Part shown: piece by piece, positions 38,056 through 39,424 of the stretch | Numbering within the stretch: the stretch's first letter is position 1 | Layout: each line of letters starts with the position of its first letter | Sequence record: OR979722.1 | Source of the DNA: Escherichia phage ETEP21B | Direction: 5' to 3' (one strand) | Length of the DNA stretch: 39,424 nucleotides | Notes under the pieces: generated by a model | Databases searched by the model: none | The model's input: only the letters and a program-made list of their open reading frames with translations | Told to the model about the DNA's origin: nothing | Program-made: the position numbers and the translations under genes

Positions 38056-38505
38056 ATGAGAGTGGCAATTGACCCTATCAGTGGTTGCCACAACTTCCTT
38101 GGGTGTAAGACTTCGGGTGGCTACGGTAGAATCCGTGTAGGTGGTGTCCATTGGATGGCCCACAGATACGCTCTATCAGTTCACCTGAAGCGTCCACTAG
38201 AGGAAGGCTGTGTGGTAATGCACTTATGTGATAACCCTGCCTGTGTTAACCCTGAGCATCTCAGAGAGGGAACTCAGAAGGAGAACATGCAGGACTGTAA
38301 GGACAAGGGAAGGATGCACAAGGCTACAGGCCCTAGAGCACCTCGTCGTCCGTACATCAATAAAATCAACCAGCGATACAATGAGAGACTTAAGGCTGTC
38401 CTTGAGGCCGATGGGTCTGACTTGCAGGTCGCTAAGAAGCTGGGCCTGAACCTACAGTGGGTCAAGAAGGCTCGTAAAGGTAAACTAGTTATGCAAGAAG
38501 TGTGA
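38056..38505 (+). CDS. HNH endonuclease with C-terminal helix-turn-helix-like region, 149 aa
   Basis: Motif GYGRIRVGGVHWMAHRYA...HLCDNPACVNPEHL..GTQKEN; AAGGAGGT RBS; immediately downstream of terminase. Confidence 0.8.
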   Translation: MRVAIDPISGCHNFLGCKTSGGYGRIRVGGVHWMAHRYALSVHLKRPLEEGCVVMHLCDNPACVNPEHLREGTQKENMQDCKDKGRMHKATGPRAPRRPYINKINQRYNERLKAVLEADGSDLQVAKKLGLNLQWVKKARKGKLVMQEV

Positions 38506-38571
38506 ATAGTTAAGCACATCATGAGGCCCTTCCAGTGAACTATAAAAACCTAATGAAATCAAGGGTGTACC

Positions 38572-38594
38572 TAATACGACTCACTATTGGGAAG
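38572..38594 (+). promoter_or_regulatory. Phage RNAP promoter (phiOR-like), TAATACGACTCACTATTGGGAAG
   Basis: Consensus match near the right end, as phiOR in T7. Confidence 0.85.
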
Positions 38595-38750
38595 GGCCCC
38601 CTAAGACAACTTAAAGACACTTAAAGACTGCATATGCAAAGTGCATACTTAGTGACTACTCTTAGAGACCATTACAGTGAGGGATGATGGTAATAGTAAT
38701 TACATCCCTACTATCAGTGTAACCATCAAGTATAACAAGGAGGACGCTCT

Positions 38751-38906
38751 ATGCGCTTACTATCCGTGCTCAAGACACTGGCAACGCATCGAGTGACTTA
38801 CAAATTTCTCGTTGTACTTGCTGCTTCCATTGGTCTCGCATCTAGTGCTGAACACATCGGTGAACTGGAGACTCTGCTTTGTTCTCTACTCACTTGTGTT
38901 CCTTAG
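38751..38906 (+). CDS. 19.5: gp19.5-like small hydrophobic protein, 51 aa (not in ORF track)
   Basis: AAGGAGGA 6 nt upstream of ATG; last gene before the right end, as T7 gene 19.5. Confidence 0.55.
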   Translation: MRLLSVLKTLATHRVTYKFLVVLAASIGLASSAEHIGELETLLCSLLTCVP

Positions 38907-39279
38907 ACTGCTCATCGGCGCTTAGTGCGCTCTTAGTGATAATGGTCGATATACATCTTCCCTATTATCACTGTAAGAAGTCAACTCTAAGAGTAACCCT
39001 TATGTACCCTATGGTCTACAGGGTCTCTTAGGGTCTCTCACGTAGTCTCACCGCTATGCTCCTGCGTAGCACCTTATGATAGCCACCCTGTGGTGAACCT
39101 TATGAGACTTGATGTACCCTTTAAGAATCCTACAGAAAATCTGAGTGGGTATCTCATAGTTCATACAAAGTGTTTCCCCCCCCTATGGCCTCCTTCAGTC
39201 CACTCAAAGAGTGCCACCCTATGGTAACTTATGGTTTACTTAATGTCAATCCTTATATGTGACATTGGGTTAACTCTAG

Positions 39280-39424
39280 GTGTTACCACTAGATATGGGG
39301 CTTAGGGTGACTTAGTGATACTATATGTGGGCCTCTATGTGTCCCTATCTGTAATCACCTAGAGTCACCACCTAGAGTCACCACCTAGAGTCACCACCTA
39401 GAGTCACCACCTAGAGTCACCACC
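39280..39424. repeat. Right direct terminal repeat (truncated by window end), includes at least 5 copies of the 13-bp tandem unit from 39356
   Basis: Exact identity to 1-145. Confidence 0.85.

Overview
The window is essentially one complete linear genome (about 39.4 kb) of a T7-like virulent podophage (Autographiviridae, T7/T3-type organisation), not a bacterial accessory region. All convincing genes are on the + strand in canonical T7 order: early anti-host genes, single-subunit RNA polymerase, DNA metabolism, virion structure, lysis, terminase. The ends are direct terminal repeats (1-145 is identical to 39280-39424; the right copy is cut by the window end). I count 15 phage-RNAP promoters resembling TAATACGACTCACTA(A/T)TGGGAGA, three sigma70-type early promoters, and TE-like and Tphi-like terminators. 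Protein calls rest on reading the six-frame translations against remembered T7/T3 protein sequences; no database search was run. Against T7 as I remember it, gene 0.3 is a T3-type SAM-degrading enzyme rather than Ocr, gp1.7 is short, and genes 7, 7.7 and 2.8 appear absent. Two HNH endonuclease genes are present, one after the DNA polymerase and one after the large terminase. The most novel-looking element is an unrecognised 185-aa gene inserted between the spanin genes and the large terminase (35699-36256). I see no non-phage defence or metabolic system, and no tRNA, rRNA, CRISPR or integrase.
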